Shown one piece after another: positions 35,601 to 50,600 of a stretch of DNA of 64,000 nt; within the stretch, counting starts at the first letter, position 1; each line of letters opens with the position of its first letter. The stretch spans positions 3,472,001 through 3,536,000 of the forward strand of contig OZ281499.1 in assembly GCA_965637545.1 (NCBI GenBank), given 5' to 3'. Source of the DNA: Phallusia mammillata. Its lineage: Eukaryota. The translations under genes were made by a program, and so were the position numbers. Under the pieces are notes generated by a model. It had not been told where the DNA came from. It was given only the letters and a program-made list of their open reading frames with translations, and searched no databases.

Positions 35601-38600
35601 TTCTTAGAAATCAATTTTTGACTCGTTTGGGGTTTTAATAATCGGAGGCGTTTATGTATTTTGGGCGATAGAATTTTTATAGTACACGTTTGCACTTATT
35701 TCTGGTATATTTTTAGACATGCCGTTATTTACAGTGATAATAAATAGCGCTTTAAACTTAAATCATAGGCTTTGTTTGTGGTCACATGCGTAGTCCCAAT
35801 CTGTTGGTCGATAGTGTTGCTTTTCGTGAAACATTTTGTTAGCGTGACAAAACCCTACGACATAAAACATCAAAAACAGATGTACATCGATGTGAAAAAT
35901 AAATCAATTAGCTACAAAAACCACATTCATTACCAAGACCGCTTTCGCTAGCTACGAATTGTTTTGCACGTTAGACATTTTCTCATTCATAAATTGACAT
36001 TTAGCCCTCTGCATCCTGATGAGCAATTAGCAAAGGGTCTCTGCGGCCACTTTCGGTCAATTGCCTTCCTGATAAGCTAGCACTTTTCCCCAGCAGTAAT
36101 GATTTTCCGTGGTTCCCATGCGCTAAATTGCCAGGTTGCCTTAAAATGACAGTTTAAGTTCGTGCAGGCCTAGCCTCGTTTATGATAGCAGACCGTTAGT
36201 GCTCTGAGAATGGGTACATCTTAGTTTATAAAATATGTGTCTATATTATACCCAAGGGCAAACTATAATAAAAACGTCTTTTGTCTCCTACAAGCCAGTG
36301 ACTGTTTAAACGAGCGTTGCTTACGGGAAATAAAGCAAAACTGAACATAATTTTAAATTCACATTTCCAGATAATGTTCAACATTTTGTGCACTTAAATT
36401 ATTTCTCTACTGTTTGGGTGTAAACGAACACACTACTTAAAACTTTTAAATTTAGTACCCAAAACGTTGCAAGTAAACCCAACCAGTAACGACAACTTAA
36501 TAGACGTAAAAACATAAAACAAATTTGTTTCTTCGTGAAAAATGAGTGGATGTGGGAAAGCCAAAGATGCCTTTTTCAACAACTTACAAAATCTAATGCT
36601 GTGCTGTACATACTCATATTAGCTCATATAAATTCTAAAAACGTAGCTGATAGCTCACAAAAAAATCCACAAAAAATCCAATTTAACCGCTCGATCATGT
36701 ACTTCCGTTTAGTGACATGCAATCAAAACAAACAGCAAGCAAGGGATTAAATCCGCTTCTTTCCGGCGAAACCGATCGATCAAACCCCGCGACATGGAAC
36801 AGGTGTCGACAACCGGGCAAGGGTACGAATCGCCATCTATCTGTCTTGTTGTGAGCGGAAGTAAATTGACCTTAGCTCCCCTGCGTACCCCCCAAGTAAA
36901 ATGATCGGCTGCAGCAAGACGCCCGTCATTGTAATCGAAGTAACCGTGACCGCGCTTGCATTGTTGTCGTCACAAACAAACCGCGCGCGTGGGATTATTG
37001 GCTTGCAACCCGACCGAGCTTTTTTGCAGCAGTTTTGTAGGTTATATCAAAATGTAGTTTTTTTAGAAATACGACTATTTCACCTTAGCTATTTTCAAGT
37101 ATCATCGGCTGTCTCGTGAATTTGTGAAAACAACGTGTTGTTTAAGCATAACCTTTAGACTAGGACGCCAACGTTTTCTATGTAGTTCATATTCAATCAC
37201 ATTTAGAAGAGTTATCATGTGTATAATACTCGCACTTTCATAAAACATGTAAAACACCCCTTAACCACAAACTAAACCCCAAACCGAATTGCGTGCTAAC
37301 ATTTTCTGAAACTTCAGATAGCAGTACGTGGATACTAGGAATTGGAAAACGCACGCCAGCGTTTATCTGTGTTTTTTAATAATACAACCTAAAAACAAAA
37401 CTCGTACATAAAAAAAATTTACCTCATTGTGTTGCAAAATCTAGATACTTCCAACCTTTACACGAACTTCGCAGCAAAACAAAAAACACGTCTTTGGTCT
37501 CTGCCTGCTACCTCACAAATGACTAGCTGTCTGCTCAAAGAGGCACAAAATGATTGCCTGGACACTGTAACCACGGTGATTTTGCTCAAAACTAGAGAGT
37601 GTGGCACTTAGAAGCTCCACTAGACGTCAGTCTGGCAAGAATGGTCCGCTTCCTATGTCGCTTACAACTTAAGCATGTAATTCCTGTGCGATTACCATCC
37701 GAAATAAGCGACACGTGACCTGCGGTGAACCAATCAGCGGCGGAAAGGGTAATTATCACTGAATGTGTCTGAGCCATGGCTGCTTTGCAAAGCCCAAAGT
37801 GGAAGTGCTCGTGTTTCGGGTTAAGGTGAAATTTGTTAGAGGAACTAGTGCTTAGTGCTGGAATAATTGAAACCTACAAGTGGACTTTAAACTAATTGTT
37901 CAATTTTTCTCCTAAACTGAAACGAAGCAAAAGTGATGTCATATACAAATAAGGAAACTGCCTCAAAAACATTTACAAAGTATAAGCTCACATATACACA
38001 AGTAAAAAGAAACTTGAAATGATCTGTTAACAACCAAAGTTTAAAAAAACTTACAATGGCGTTTGCTGTCTGGTCAAAAGCTTGGTTAAAAAACTATCCT
38101 CGTGTATTTAACCCAAATATTTTCATTTACCCGAGTTTATGAACGATTTGCTGCTTTAAAATTGAAACAAATCACCAAATGTAATTTTAATCAACTTAAA
38201 ACCACCACCTGTAGGATTAACCATACAACCTTAGTCATACTAATAACACTAGTTCAAAGCATTCTTTAAACACGACCTATGTCATATACTTTAGGACAAA
38301 ACGTTTCTACCAACCTTGTCAAATCACTCCACCAAAGTTCCATTATTTCTGGGGAGCTGCAAAAAAGACAAAATCACAGTTAGCTTTAGAAGTAAATCAG
38401 TTGTTTAAAATGCCTTTTACTAGAATCTGAAAAGTGTCTATGAACGCTTGAACAAATGTAGACAACGTTAGTGAGAAATAACGCCAAATCAACTTTCTTT
38501 GGTCGGTTTTGAAGCCCCCTTTAAAAGCATTTCCTTGAAAATGAGCCCAAATAACCACATTAAAAAGTAAAGTGATATTTTTGTACAAAACAATGCCAAT

Positions 38601-41600
38601 TTGTAGTTTCCCTTTTACAGCATATAACCTATAGCCACGTGACGCTTTCAGGCGTTGTGATTGGTCGCCATTTCGCGAGCACAAAAGACATTATCTCAAA
38701 GTACTTTATTTCACTTGAATTTCGTTGCCAGTAAGGATTGGCAAAAATAACACAGAGGTTAATGATGTGTGCGTTGGTTGGTACCGCAGGTGTTTGAAAC
38801 ACACCCAGTAAGTTTGTGGCTCAGTTTACTACACAATGGTAACAGTGTTTCCGAAATAATTTAAGTGTTTCCAAAACTTTTTTACTGTTTACTGTAATTT
38901 ACAATTCTGCTAACAGATGTTTAGTGTGAGAATATAGTCATTGTAGTACACAAGTACAGTTTATCATTCGAAAAAGCGTACATTTTATTGGCTACGAGAT
39001 TTAAGACACACATAGTTGTTTGGCATAAAATTAGTCATTTTTTTCGTCTCAAATTCTAAATTTCCCTTCGGCAAAAGCTAAACCTAAAAACGGAATACAT
39101 TAAACAGTGCATGACAGAATCGGGCGTTGATCAAAAACGGAACAAACCAAGTTTTTGTTCGACGCAGTGTTTCGCCGAAAACACACAAAAAAGTTCACGC
39201 CACCACCGGCAATGTTGACCAAACAAAATTTCACGAGATAATCGCGCCAAACGACGGTGTCTGTTTGCCTGATCTTTGCCACGCCGCGGGCCAATGGTTG
39301 ATGACGTCACAATGCACTCGTTCTGAAACTGTGCTTGTGAGGAGGAGCGACCGCCAGGGGCATCGATAATTACGCGAAGGGAAGAGTGAATGAATATTGT
39401 AATTACAGTGTCAGTGGCACGTTAATGGTTGTAACTACGCCCAAGCCCTGTCGAGATGTTTGTTTTGAGGAAAAAAAAACTGTACAGAAACAGATTAACA
39501 TTCGTGGTTTTGGAGAGCAAAGTGACGTTGGACAATTACCGCAGCATTTAGGAGGATGTTTGCATTTATAGCACGGCTTGTTAACCAAATACCAGAGCAA
39601 ATTCCACGAGGCGTCATAACGGCTATTTCTCGCAATAACAAACGCATTTTTCTTGAGTATCATTGAAGTGGTTGACACTTGTGTCGCATTTTGATGACAC
39701 AGAATTTCAAACCGGCTTACCATATTTGGTATGTGTTAAAGCCTTTGTATGTTAGAAACAAATAAATTTATCAACGTTGTTGTAAATTACTGTACACCTA
39801 CAGCAAAAGCCATTTATTTTGATGTTTCGACAGCTAAAACCCGTTTTTTCTTTGTGCAATGACAAATGGCAAAGAATTGAACACAATTATCGGCAGAAAA
39901 GTATTGGTACTTTTTACAGAGTCTGACCACCTTTGGTAGGCAAAATATATATCATCAATCTTTCAGGTAGCTTTGTATTAGAAGGTACAACGAAGAAGTA
40001 TACTGGGCCGAAAATACCAAAAATATTTCAAATATTTTTGTTCATTTTCACCATTGCAAAATCAAACCGAAACCAGTGTATTTTGCAGCTGAGATTGTTT
40101 AAAATAGTAACAGCTATGTTTAAAATTAACATTCTTACCTAAAAGTGGCGACGTAGTTTACAGTGGGCCAGCCAATCACAAACGAGCAATCTGTGGCGGC
40201 TGTTGTCGATTCGTACACCTCATCCATTCGCTCAGCACTCATCCACACCTCGTCAAGTCGAACCCGATTTTTTAACTTGTAATTAGATGTGGACCTGAAT
40301 GTAAAAAATCCAATTTTAAAGCAAATACGAATTACAGTTGTTAAGATCACCTGAAATGCAACAGCAAATTTAACGGTGATACAAGAAAAAATAACAGCAA
40401 ATTAGCGTAACTTGTAATCGAGAAACCAACATAAGAAAACGTTTTAAAACAATGCGCGAGTTTTCAAACAGGGAAAGAATCCCTTTCTTAAACGATCTTT
40501 TTCAACAAAGCTTCAATTTCAAAACAATCAAACTGTTAAGCTTAAGAGGTATTTCATAAAATCATAAACTCTACAATCAGATTAAAGTAAGGAATTTAGG
40601 GCATTGTATTTTAATGAATGCCATGATCACAATGAAGTCGTGATTGGACTTTTTTCCCTCGAGGGCCGCGTGTCTTAGGGGATTATAGTGACCAAAGGGT
40701 CATCGTTAAGTTATGCGCGGAACTCGCAATCAAAACATGTTCATTTTGGCCACTTAAGGCTCGCTATAGTATGAAGAAGATAGTTGTTATTAGCACAAGC
40801 GTCAAGTATTGAATTTTAGAGTGCTGAGATTTGAAATTTAGAGATTGTTGGTTTTGTCCGCGGTCTTGACTAATCTCCAAAAAATGATCATTTTTTTGCT
40901 GTCTCTTATAGAAAATAATTGCAAACCTGTTTACTAGCGCCATTTTCAAACGATTTGTAGGCCTATTTACTAGCCCTAACATCTTATTTTCCTAAAATAC
41001 CTACAAAACGCACAAGCAAAGGGCTTTAAATGTGCTTGGCTCTGTTACGAATGTCCACCATACAATGCTTTCGTATATTTTATGCGATGAAACACAGAAT
41101 GCCGTTGAAAAACTCCATGCATGTTATTTGTTTTTGTAAATTAAACAAGTCATAAAAAAAACAATTTCATAGTTACTTGACGCATTTACCTATTGCTGAC
41201 AGAAAAACGAAATGTACAAGATTCAAGGTCAGTGAACCCAAACGTTCGTTAGATTTGGCTGCAATTTGTGCATAACAACCGGAATTCATCATCATAAACG
41301 TGAATGTAACTATCAAGGCCAAGCCGCTACGACCATGACTCAGGCAATTACTAATGCTTACAAATGATGAGTCACCATACGTCAACGTATAGATGAAGAC
41401 TTCAATTGCTGCACGAGACGTTAATGATGATTGTGACCTCGATTTAATACAATTACCGACAACTCGTCACTTAAATCTCGGAAAAACGGTGAATAACAAC
41501 CAAATTTGGTCGTAAACAAGTTATGTTTTTAAACTAATCAAGATATGTCACGTGTTCAGTTAAGACAAATAACAAATTTTAATGTCAAAAATTAAGCCTT

Positions 41601-44600
41601 ATATTTTCCTGAGTACCGCATAACATTTCTACAAGTATCAATAGGCGGTGACTTCAATTTTTTTGCAGATTTACCTGGGTTTAACTACAACAAAATGCAA
41701 AAAACTACTCGCATTGAAAAACATTTTTAGTCATTATTCACACCAAACTATCACAAACGTAGTTTATTCTGTAACACAATGGACCTAACTACATCTGGAA
41801 CGAATTATGTACCCAATATTACTAAGGGTTATCAGTAATTCAAAGTTGAAATCCTTCACGGTTTTTGGCATGTTAATCTCCACAAACCGCTATTCTCCAT
41901 ATTTACCGACGTTTTGCTCTCACGATCGATGGCCGGATAAGCCGAGATCAAAGGTGACAAGTTTTGTTTTTGTCAACGCCACATCACACACAAGGTCACG
42001 CAGAGGGCAATGAGGCTGCTACTAGATTAGGTCTTCCCGTTTACATGCATTTGATCTTAAATCTGGGCCCACCGAAGAAAGACTGTGAGTTTGCCAAAGG
42101 ATTCAATCCCCCACTTAGAATGCGAACAAGCGACGTGGTTAAAAATAGGTCCTATTTAATGATTTGCGATGCCTTTGTGCATGGTTTAAGTTGTAAGTTA
42201 TCAAGACTTAGGTAACCTGTGCGGTGGGATATAGGGGTATTAAGGGATTTTTGCGGTGTGCGTTTGAGGTTGGGTGGTATGTACGTAACTGCAACTCAGC
42301 TTAACTCATACGAGTTTTTTTTATCACATTGACTGCGTTTTTTTCCCGCTTGACTACATGGTATTTGTGAAGATTTGAAGAAGTTACGATGAACGATTAC
42401 CAGAAATACCGCCCTTGGCTGAAAGGCATTCATTATAACCTTAAGCTCTTCCGCTCGAAAAACACCGATTCCGAAAAAGATTCGAATGACCCGGTTGTTT
42501 AAGGATTAGGGACCCCATGGGTTGATTACAGGGTAAAAGGGGGTTAAATTTGAGTCTGACTGTCTAGACAAAATAGCACAAAATATGCCATGGGTTATCC
42601 GAATGAAAAAACGGTCTTGGAAACTTTGTTAAAACATGCTAAAAGCCTTCTCTAAAAAATATATATTTATTTGTTCTTTATTTATGGGCACTAACACAAG
42701 ATGGTTAAAATGTTAGCGACAAATTTTTATTATATCTGAGTTCCCAGGTATGATTTTGTAAAGCAAATTTTAACATCATCCCCATAGGACCTGTATTAAC
42801 AGGTAATCTTATGGTTGTCAACAACGAAACAACTGTCAATCCAACCCTGGTACGATTTCAATGGAATGCGCGGTCGTTTGTGGTGATTTATGGTAATTTG
42901 CAACGTTGAGACGTTCTGACTTCCGACTGGTGTTTCGAATAACGGTGCCTCGCCCATTCAATGAGATTCGGTTACCGCATGCGATATTGTAATCACCGAG
43001 CAAGAATTTTCGTAGAATTTCTTTGCATTAGCAAATGGCTGTACGAAATGTTAGTACATTATGCCAATTTATGAAACCATCACTGTGGTTGCAAGAAACT
43101 GGTTTATTGATAAATACTTAATTAAAAACATTGTTTCAAGATGTTGGAAACCTGTTATACCACAATCCAAGCAATTAAATAACACAAGCAGGCAAAACAT
43201 TACATATGTTTTGAGTTTGGGCGGTTTTGAAACCAATAAAAAAGGGTGCCTATAGACAAAACAGCAAGAATTTTGAAACCCTGCATATGGCAATCTGTCG
43301 GTAGCACTAACAATCTTTGCGACTGTGTTTGTAACAGTACACACATAAGGCTATGATAACACACTAAGACTTCGGTCTTTCATTGCCATATTTTAGGCAC
43401 AAAATATCATGTTTAAAACCCACTACGAGCAAACAAATAATATGTAATTATTTCAATAAAGCAACCAGTACAAAAATTTGTAGATTGAAAAAAAAAAACT
43501 TACTTGGATTTTGATACGATTAGCATGTCTGTGAAAAGGAAGAAATATCTCTCTTGCGTTTGCATCCCAGACGAGAGTTGGACTCGTCCTTCTCGAACAT
43601 ATTGTCGTTCTGCCAAATTTATAGATGGTTCGTGGCTGTTCAGCCTAAATCCAAAAGGTAAGCAATCCACATGTTGACCGTCATCACTGTCTTCCCTGCA
43701 ACAACAAAAATAAGATTAGATCAACTTGTAAGCTGTTTTCTTGATATAACCTAATTGATTTCGCCACAATCAAGACGGCTAGGGGTTAAAATAGTTTACA
43801 GCAAGATTCAAATTGATAGCTTTGACATCTTTTACACATGTATTAAGTGGAGATTTGAAGGTTTATAAAGTAGCTTTTTTGGGTAATGTTACTAGAGTAG
43901 CTTTTTGGGTAATGTTACTAGCAAGATTTTCTTTCCTGTACTGAATTCTACAAAGAGCCGGTGCAAACCAAATTTATGGTTGGAAATATTTTCAAAAATC
44001 CTCTTTGTTGGTTTTTGTCTATAACTTATCACCCTGATAATGTAAAACGCATTGTTTAAAGCAAAATTAAGAGAGTTTTTAAAAATGTGTCTAAGCGTTC
44101 CTTAAACTTTAAGGCTTAAAGGGAAAAAAGCTTTAAATATATATTGCCATACAAATTGGATGTTGTACTGGGTCACTATATTTTTAAAAGTAATAATGAA
44201 GAATCGCTTTCGCCTTTTCGCAATTACATCGAATTCGAAACGTTGACGTCATTACTCAATCTAACGACGTCAAATGCAAATTTTTTTGTTTTTGTTTTTT
44301 TGCATTTTTAGCTAAAACGAAAAAAGTTTAGACGCTCTGCTAACTTCAAATAGACGCGCTATATACTATCCTATCCAAATTTGAATAAAGGTTTTCTGGC
44401 GATGACGTATGTGCACTTGAGCATGACCACACGCTTACCTGTTGCCGTTGTTGTGGGAATGTGAAGTCAAGCGCATCGACCGATTGAGAACACTCCTTAT
44501 CACCACTGAAGGCGCAGATTGCCGTCGTTGGGCCATCTTCTTAAATTTGTTCTAGAGTAAAAACAATAAGCTTGATAGCAGTATTCTTTAAGGTTCAGTT

Positions 44601-47600
44601 AGAAGGGCATCACACTGCATATAACAAAGAAGCCCGCCTGTGGAGTTTTGTTGTGGTTTAGGATTTGCAAAGACAACAAAACAGTCGAGAGGCCAACTTC
44701 AATATAACCACCACACCCTACAATGCATTAACCGCGAGTCCCACCACGCTAGGCAATGACTTCGCTTTTAGGGCAAATCCTAAATGACAAGCGTAACGAA
44801 GCATAGCAAAGTTCAACTCTAAAGCAAACACTGGAAAAATGTAAAGCTGTGATTAGAACTAAAAATACTGCGCAAAGGTTTAAATAGTATTCCACACAGT
44901 ATGGAATGTAGCAATATTACATAACGCAAACGTTCTTTTTTCAGCCGTTTTGGCGGGAAATCAGCGGGTGTTAGGCGGTCAAACCGGCAAAGCTGCCTTG
45001 TGGTCTGCAGAAACAAGTGAATGATAGCGCTGTATAAGTACCACCCTGTATTTCAGATCAATCACCAATGCTTGTATACAACAGAACTAAATATTTCACA
45101 ACAAGAATAGTTCCAATCTTGTGCAACAAATTATCCAAAGAAGACTAAACAAATTTGATCAAATATTTTCCCATTCGAGAAATTGTGTCTGTTCATGACC
45201 TGACGAATAGTTCAAAAAACACTACTTTAAAACAATTCCTACCTGGCTGCTTATATTCGTACATGCCAGCGCATGCTCGCAATTCTGATAAACATCCCCC
45301 AAAAGCATATCCAGCAAATAGATCCACTGATTTAACTGCGACCTTTTTCTGTACTTGAATCGGTCGCTATCCCAATCGTACTTAAACCATAACAGCTTTG
45401 AACTTACAAGACGTTCTGTTCCGGCTACAAGTAGTGTGTTTTTATGTGGCCAATAACTCGTCGCAATTGTCAAGTGCCTGTTTGGAGAACATCGCTGCCT
45501 CCTCAACAGAACGTTGTCACTTTCTTTATCTCTCAACACACCTAGGGCCTTTTTCTGTCGCATATACGTACAACGTTATAGTGTCCAAAGCGTGGGTAAC
45601 GTGCCGTGTATTGTTATAGTGTCGTAATACGCGTGTTTGTAACGTGAAATTGGTCAACTCTGTTCAATACTTGCTATATTTCAATATAATAAAGACCGAC
45701 AAAAGCGGTTTTAACACCTTAAATAATACGATGTTAGATTTAGTAAATATTACAAAAATAAAACTGACAGTTTAAGCACTTTTTGTCCCGTGTTAAATTC
45801 AATACTCGTTAACGACAAAATGCTAAAAAAATGATCTGGTTTCGTTGCTTGATTAAGAATGACCGCATTTACGGTTGCTTCCATCGTATACAAGCTATAC
45901 GCCTCGAAATTTAAATGCGAAATCTATCTTGTAGTCATACACGCATGCTTGACTAAAAACCTAACTGCATGACTTGCAACTCGCTTAGACAAAACAATCA
46001 GTCTCCCTTTAACGAGGTACCGGGGCGTCGCTCTTTTCGCAGAGCCTTGGGGCCGTGCCTGACTTTCGACGTGCGCAGGCGATTTCACGGTGATTATCTT
46101 CCTTTGCACTGTTGTAATTATAAGCGTCCAGCTCGACACCCCGATATTACGAGCAAGCAAATGGAAGTGCACTGTTGTGTATGTGGGTAAAGAGAAAAGA
46201 AACCGGCCACTGATTCTTCAATGGATTATACGTTAGCGTGTGCAAACTGTTAACAACCGCAATTGGGTCGTCCAAAACTTTTATACTGCTTGGACGGCCA
46301 CATTTAGTTTTTAGACATTGTTTGCAAGCAGTACCAATATTTACATGATAGTAAGAAATCCTTAATCAAAATACAAAAGGCTTTATTTGAAATAGAGCTT
46401 TTTAATATATGAAAAGATATATGTTACTGCAACCGCTGAAACATTTTCTGGTATTATATTTATTAACAACAACAAAATTTATATGTTTTACACATTTAAA
46501 ATTTCTCCAGCTGTTTTAATCCTAATCAAAGATGAATACAACACGTTTACCAACCTTTTATTATTATCATCGCTGTTGATAGGAAGTCATTCAAATTGCA
46601 AATTCAGCATTTACTGTTACCTTAAAAGTATCACTATATCTGTACAGCAAACAACACACATATTAAAAATAGGCAGACAGAAGCTTAAACTGCCTGACAA
46701 AAGAAAAACCTTAATGAGCAACGTTTGCACAGAGAAATATAGGAAAGCTTTCCAGGCGTTTGCATTACTTGGCACTGCCAGGTCTCCCTAATGGACAATA
46801 AGTCTGCCTTTGTCCACATCAAATACGCGTAATTTTTTGCCGGATACTGCAAAACATTGATGGCGTGATAACCATGTTCAATTTGGCACATTTTCACTCA
46901 GTGTTTTGTGCCAGGAAAAATACCCAGATAACATCGCAATATTTAATCGACGCTGAAAAGAGTTTCCGGACGAAAACTCTATTACAATTTTGTGCTTATG
47001 AGATTGATGGCTGGTTCGGCAAAGCGCCTGGCATACTGTGATTACATGGTCAAATTTCGAGACGCCCACATAATGTGATCAAGTGGTAATTTTGTATTTA
47101 TAATATACTGTCCAAAGAAACTAAGTTTAGACCAGTGATTCTCAAACTGTGTGCCCTAAAATATTCGCCTTGTGTTTTAGGGATTGATGGAGAAATGCAG
47201 GCGTGCATGACAATTCTGTACAACCTCATTATGAAATTATATCAATAGCAATCTCACACATCCCTTTAAAGTCACAAAATAGTTTCTTATTTTATATTTC
47301 TAGAGAGAACTATAGTTACTTTTTTTTCCACCAGGTTGTATAGTTGGCAAAATTTTCGTTTAAATTGTGTAAAGTTTACAAAAGAACCAGTAATTTTGTA
47401 AAGGTTCAAGAACTTAAAAATGAGCTAAAACAATTGTTGAGAAATTGTGCAAGCGAGACCTTATTAGAGCATGCCACGTTAACCCTAACATCAAGCTTAA
47501 CTGATCAAACGGGATTTAGAAACATAAACATAAAACAAACAAAAACCTAAGATATAAAGATGTGCAAAACGAGGCGCTTAATTTGTGACCCTGAGTAATG

Positions 47601-50600
47601 CTTGTTTTATCACTTAAATTTCGCAGTATTTACGCCAGAATACAAAAAGGCGTTGACCATAATTTAATTAAAAGTCAAACCACACGAATTCCTGTGTCAC
47701 CGGAGCTCTCATCTTGTTTGCTTACACCTCGTATCCGACGCCGATCATGCGTGACCGCAACAGTGGGTCGTCTGACAAGTCTCTATGACGTCATAGGGGC
47801 GATAATGCGCGCTGTCGTGACGCTGATATGCGGCTTGTTTTGTGTAATTTGACGGCTGACGCAAGCGCTAAGAGGGCCAAGGGTAAGCGGTGACCATATT
47901 TGGTAAACTTAGAAGATGTTTTGCGGTGTTTGAGGGTTTACAGAAGAGCATTCAATCCGTGTTGACATTTTTAAAAGGATTTGTTGATTTTGGTTGGACA
48001 AGAGCAAAATTACGTTTTTTACGTCAGACAGAGTAACCGTAACTTTGACCTTTAATTGAAATATCACAAATCGGACAAAGTTTGCTTTTTAATACAAAAT
48101 AAAAACATGCCTTAACAAAATCTATATTAAAAAAAACGACAGTCTTACACGCACTGAAAGCATTAACATACAATACCTAGGTCCGATGTCCGCAGTACAT
48201 TGCATCGACCAATAACTACATAGCTTTTTATCTGACAGCCAAACGTTACCCCACATTTGATATTTTTGCCATCGAATTTTTGTGCCGCAATTGTAACGCA
48301 ATTTCTACGTAACTAAGGTTCTGCTTAAGATACGGAAGAAGCCTGCGAATTCGGTAACATGTAGGCTTCATGTTAAAATAAATTGACAACGACATTCCCA
48401 TCAGTTGACTATTAAATTTGTTTCAATAGAAACCAGTTAAATTGGCTTTTTGTCTGACCCTTATCAACTGTACTGAGTTCAAAGCGCCGAAACACTGTTT
48501 AACGTGGGTGGGCTGCGTCACAGAAAAGATATCAATTACTTTCAGTGCGAAACAAATTGACTATGGCTGCCCTGGTGTGTTTCACGACCTAACCGCACTA
48601 AAATCTCAGTGAAAATGACCGAAACACCCTAATTTACTTCATTTAAAAAACGCATTGTGTATAAGCTCAAGGGTCTTCGAAATGATCAATGTCTTCAAGT
48701 CCAGCAGATAAAACATAAACTATCACCGTTTACAATAGGTTTACTGAATATAAAAGCACGTCAGGCAATGTAAAAATCTGGAACTAAATATCACCGAAAT
48801 GGCAGCGCCTTTTTATTATTCAAATAAAATTCATCAAATTAATTTTAAATCCAGAACATGGATCAGAAAAACCTACAGGTTTGATCCAAATACGTTTCAA
48901 CAACATTTCTGCTTAGTTTAACTGCAAACAAGTTAAAAACCTAAGCGTATGTGGTCTACTACTTGACAACTCAGCTACAGATACAATATATTTGTTTTAG
49001 GCTTGAATTTTTGGTCCTATAACATTCGCCTTTTTCTACAAATTTTCCGGTCACTGCAGTTCATTCACTGTTCATTCAAAACTAAATATTAAAAAGCGCT
49101 CAATTTCATTTCCTACATTTATCACAGCTGTGCAAAGTGAATCGAATCTGCTTTCAGTTAAAATCAATGTTACGCAGGTTTTAAACAAAAACCTACCCGG
49201 GCATGGAAACGCAAACAGAAAAAAATCTATGTCCAAGCAAGCTCTGGGCGCCTAAAATCCAATAAATAGTAATTTGTAATGTAGCAAACACAGCCTAAAC
49301 GCCCAGTGACAAAACTATTACGAACATATGAGAAAAACTGTCTTTATGTAAACATTGCGGAGTGATTGAGGACTTTTTAGTTGCAACAAAATTCGTTCGG
49401 TTGGGTTTAGTCGCAATTTCAACGTTGTCGAAATTGATTAATGTCTCGCGTTGTCTTGATGCGTTTTCTTTCGTTCGTAAATTATGCATTCGCCTAATCT
49501 TGGTGTTACGCTAAAAGGTCGTTCCTAATCAGATTGAGTTTTCCGTCGTGATTGATAAAAATTCGATTTTACAGAAAACTTGTGGTAGCAACAATAAGAC
49601 GTCCTTCGTGCAAAGAAATGTTGTAAACAACTCTATCCAACAATTTTGTTTTGTTTTTCCAAGCTCTATATGCATGACCCTGTTGTTTCGATATCACTAT
49701 GGGGTCCCAAGCAGACTCTAAACTCTTACGTCGTCTACTGTTTTGATAAGATTAGTTTATTTTACGTACTAATAAGCATCTTCATTATCTTATTCAAATA
49801 GAATCATGTACCAAAGTACACAAATAATGCCATTATTTTCGCTGTGAAGTTAAACCCATTGAAACTATGACGTCATCCGAAACTTTATCACATACTGATG
49901 ACGTCATTAAGCCTCTGCTTTGTAAATGCAGTTTACTACACTACGAAAACAGACAGTAATTTTTCCTAAACTTAATTGCAACTAATATAAGAAGAACAAG
50001 TCTTAACTTTGACCACACCTCGCTCATAAAACCAGCTGTTGTGTAGAAACGTTGCGACGATTCTTGTAACAACGCATTACAGTGGACAGACAAGCTATTA
50101 AATCACAGTGATTGTTTAGGCCTAAACAAATACTCATGACAGGTCGCAAGGACGAGACAACGGCCGTTTCAATGTTGACAGTCAGACACCACTGATGTCT
50201 GCACAACAACACACAAAGCAGTTCTCGCTAGTTTCAACCAAAAACCTTTTTTAGCATTGTCCAGATTGCAGCAAAACGCAATAACTCTGATTTTAAACGT
50301 TTTTTGATAATATTATAGGGTGAAAGTAAAATGAGTGTGCACAAATAGGAATCGCGACCTGTTTTTTTTTTCAAAAAAACAACACAACGCCATTAATGTG
50401 GTTGCAGGACCTACAATACATCTGGAACGCGTTTCATACAAGACTTATTCTGCATTTTGTGCCCTCGCTTCGTTAAATTTCATTTCATTTTAATCTAGCA
50501 CATAACTGTGCCTTATTACAATTCCATCTCATCACAACAGTTTTAGACCAGAATAGCCTACTCAAAGCATGCGCGTAAACACGTTTTCAAATGTGGACAT

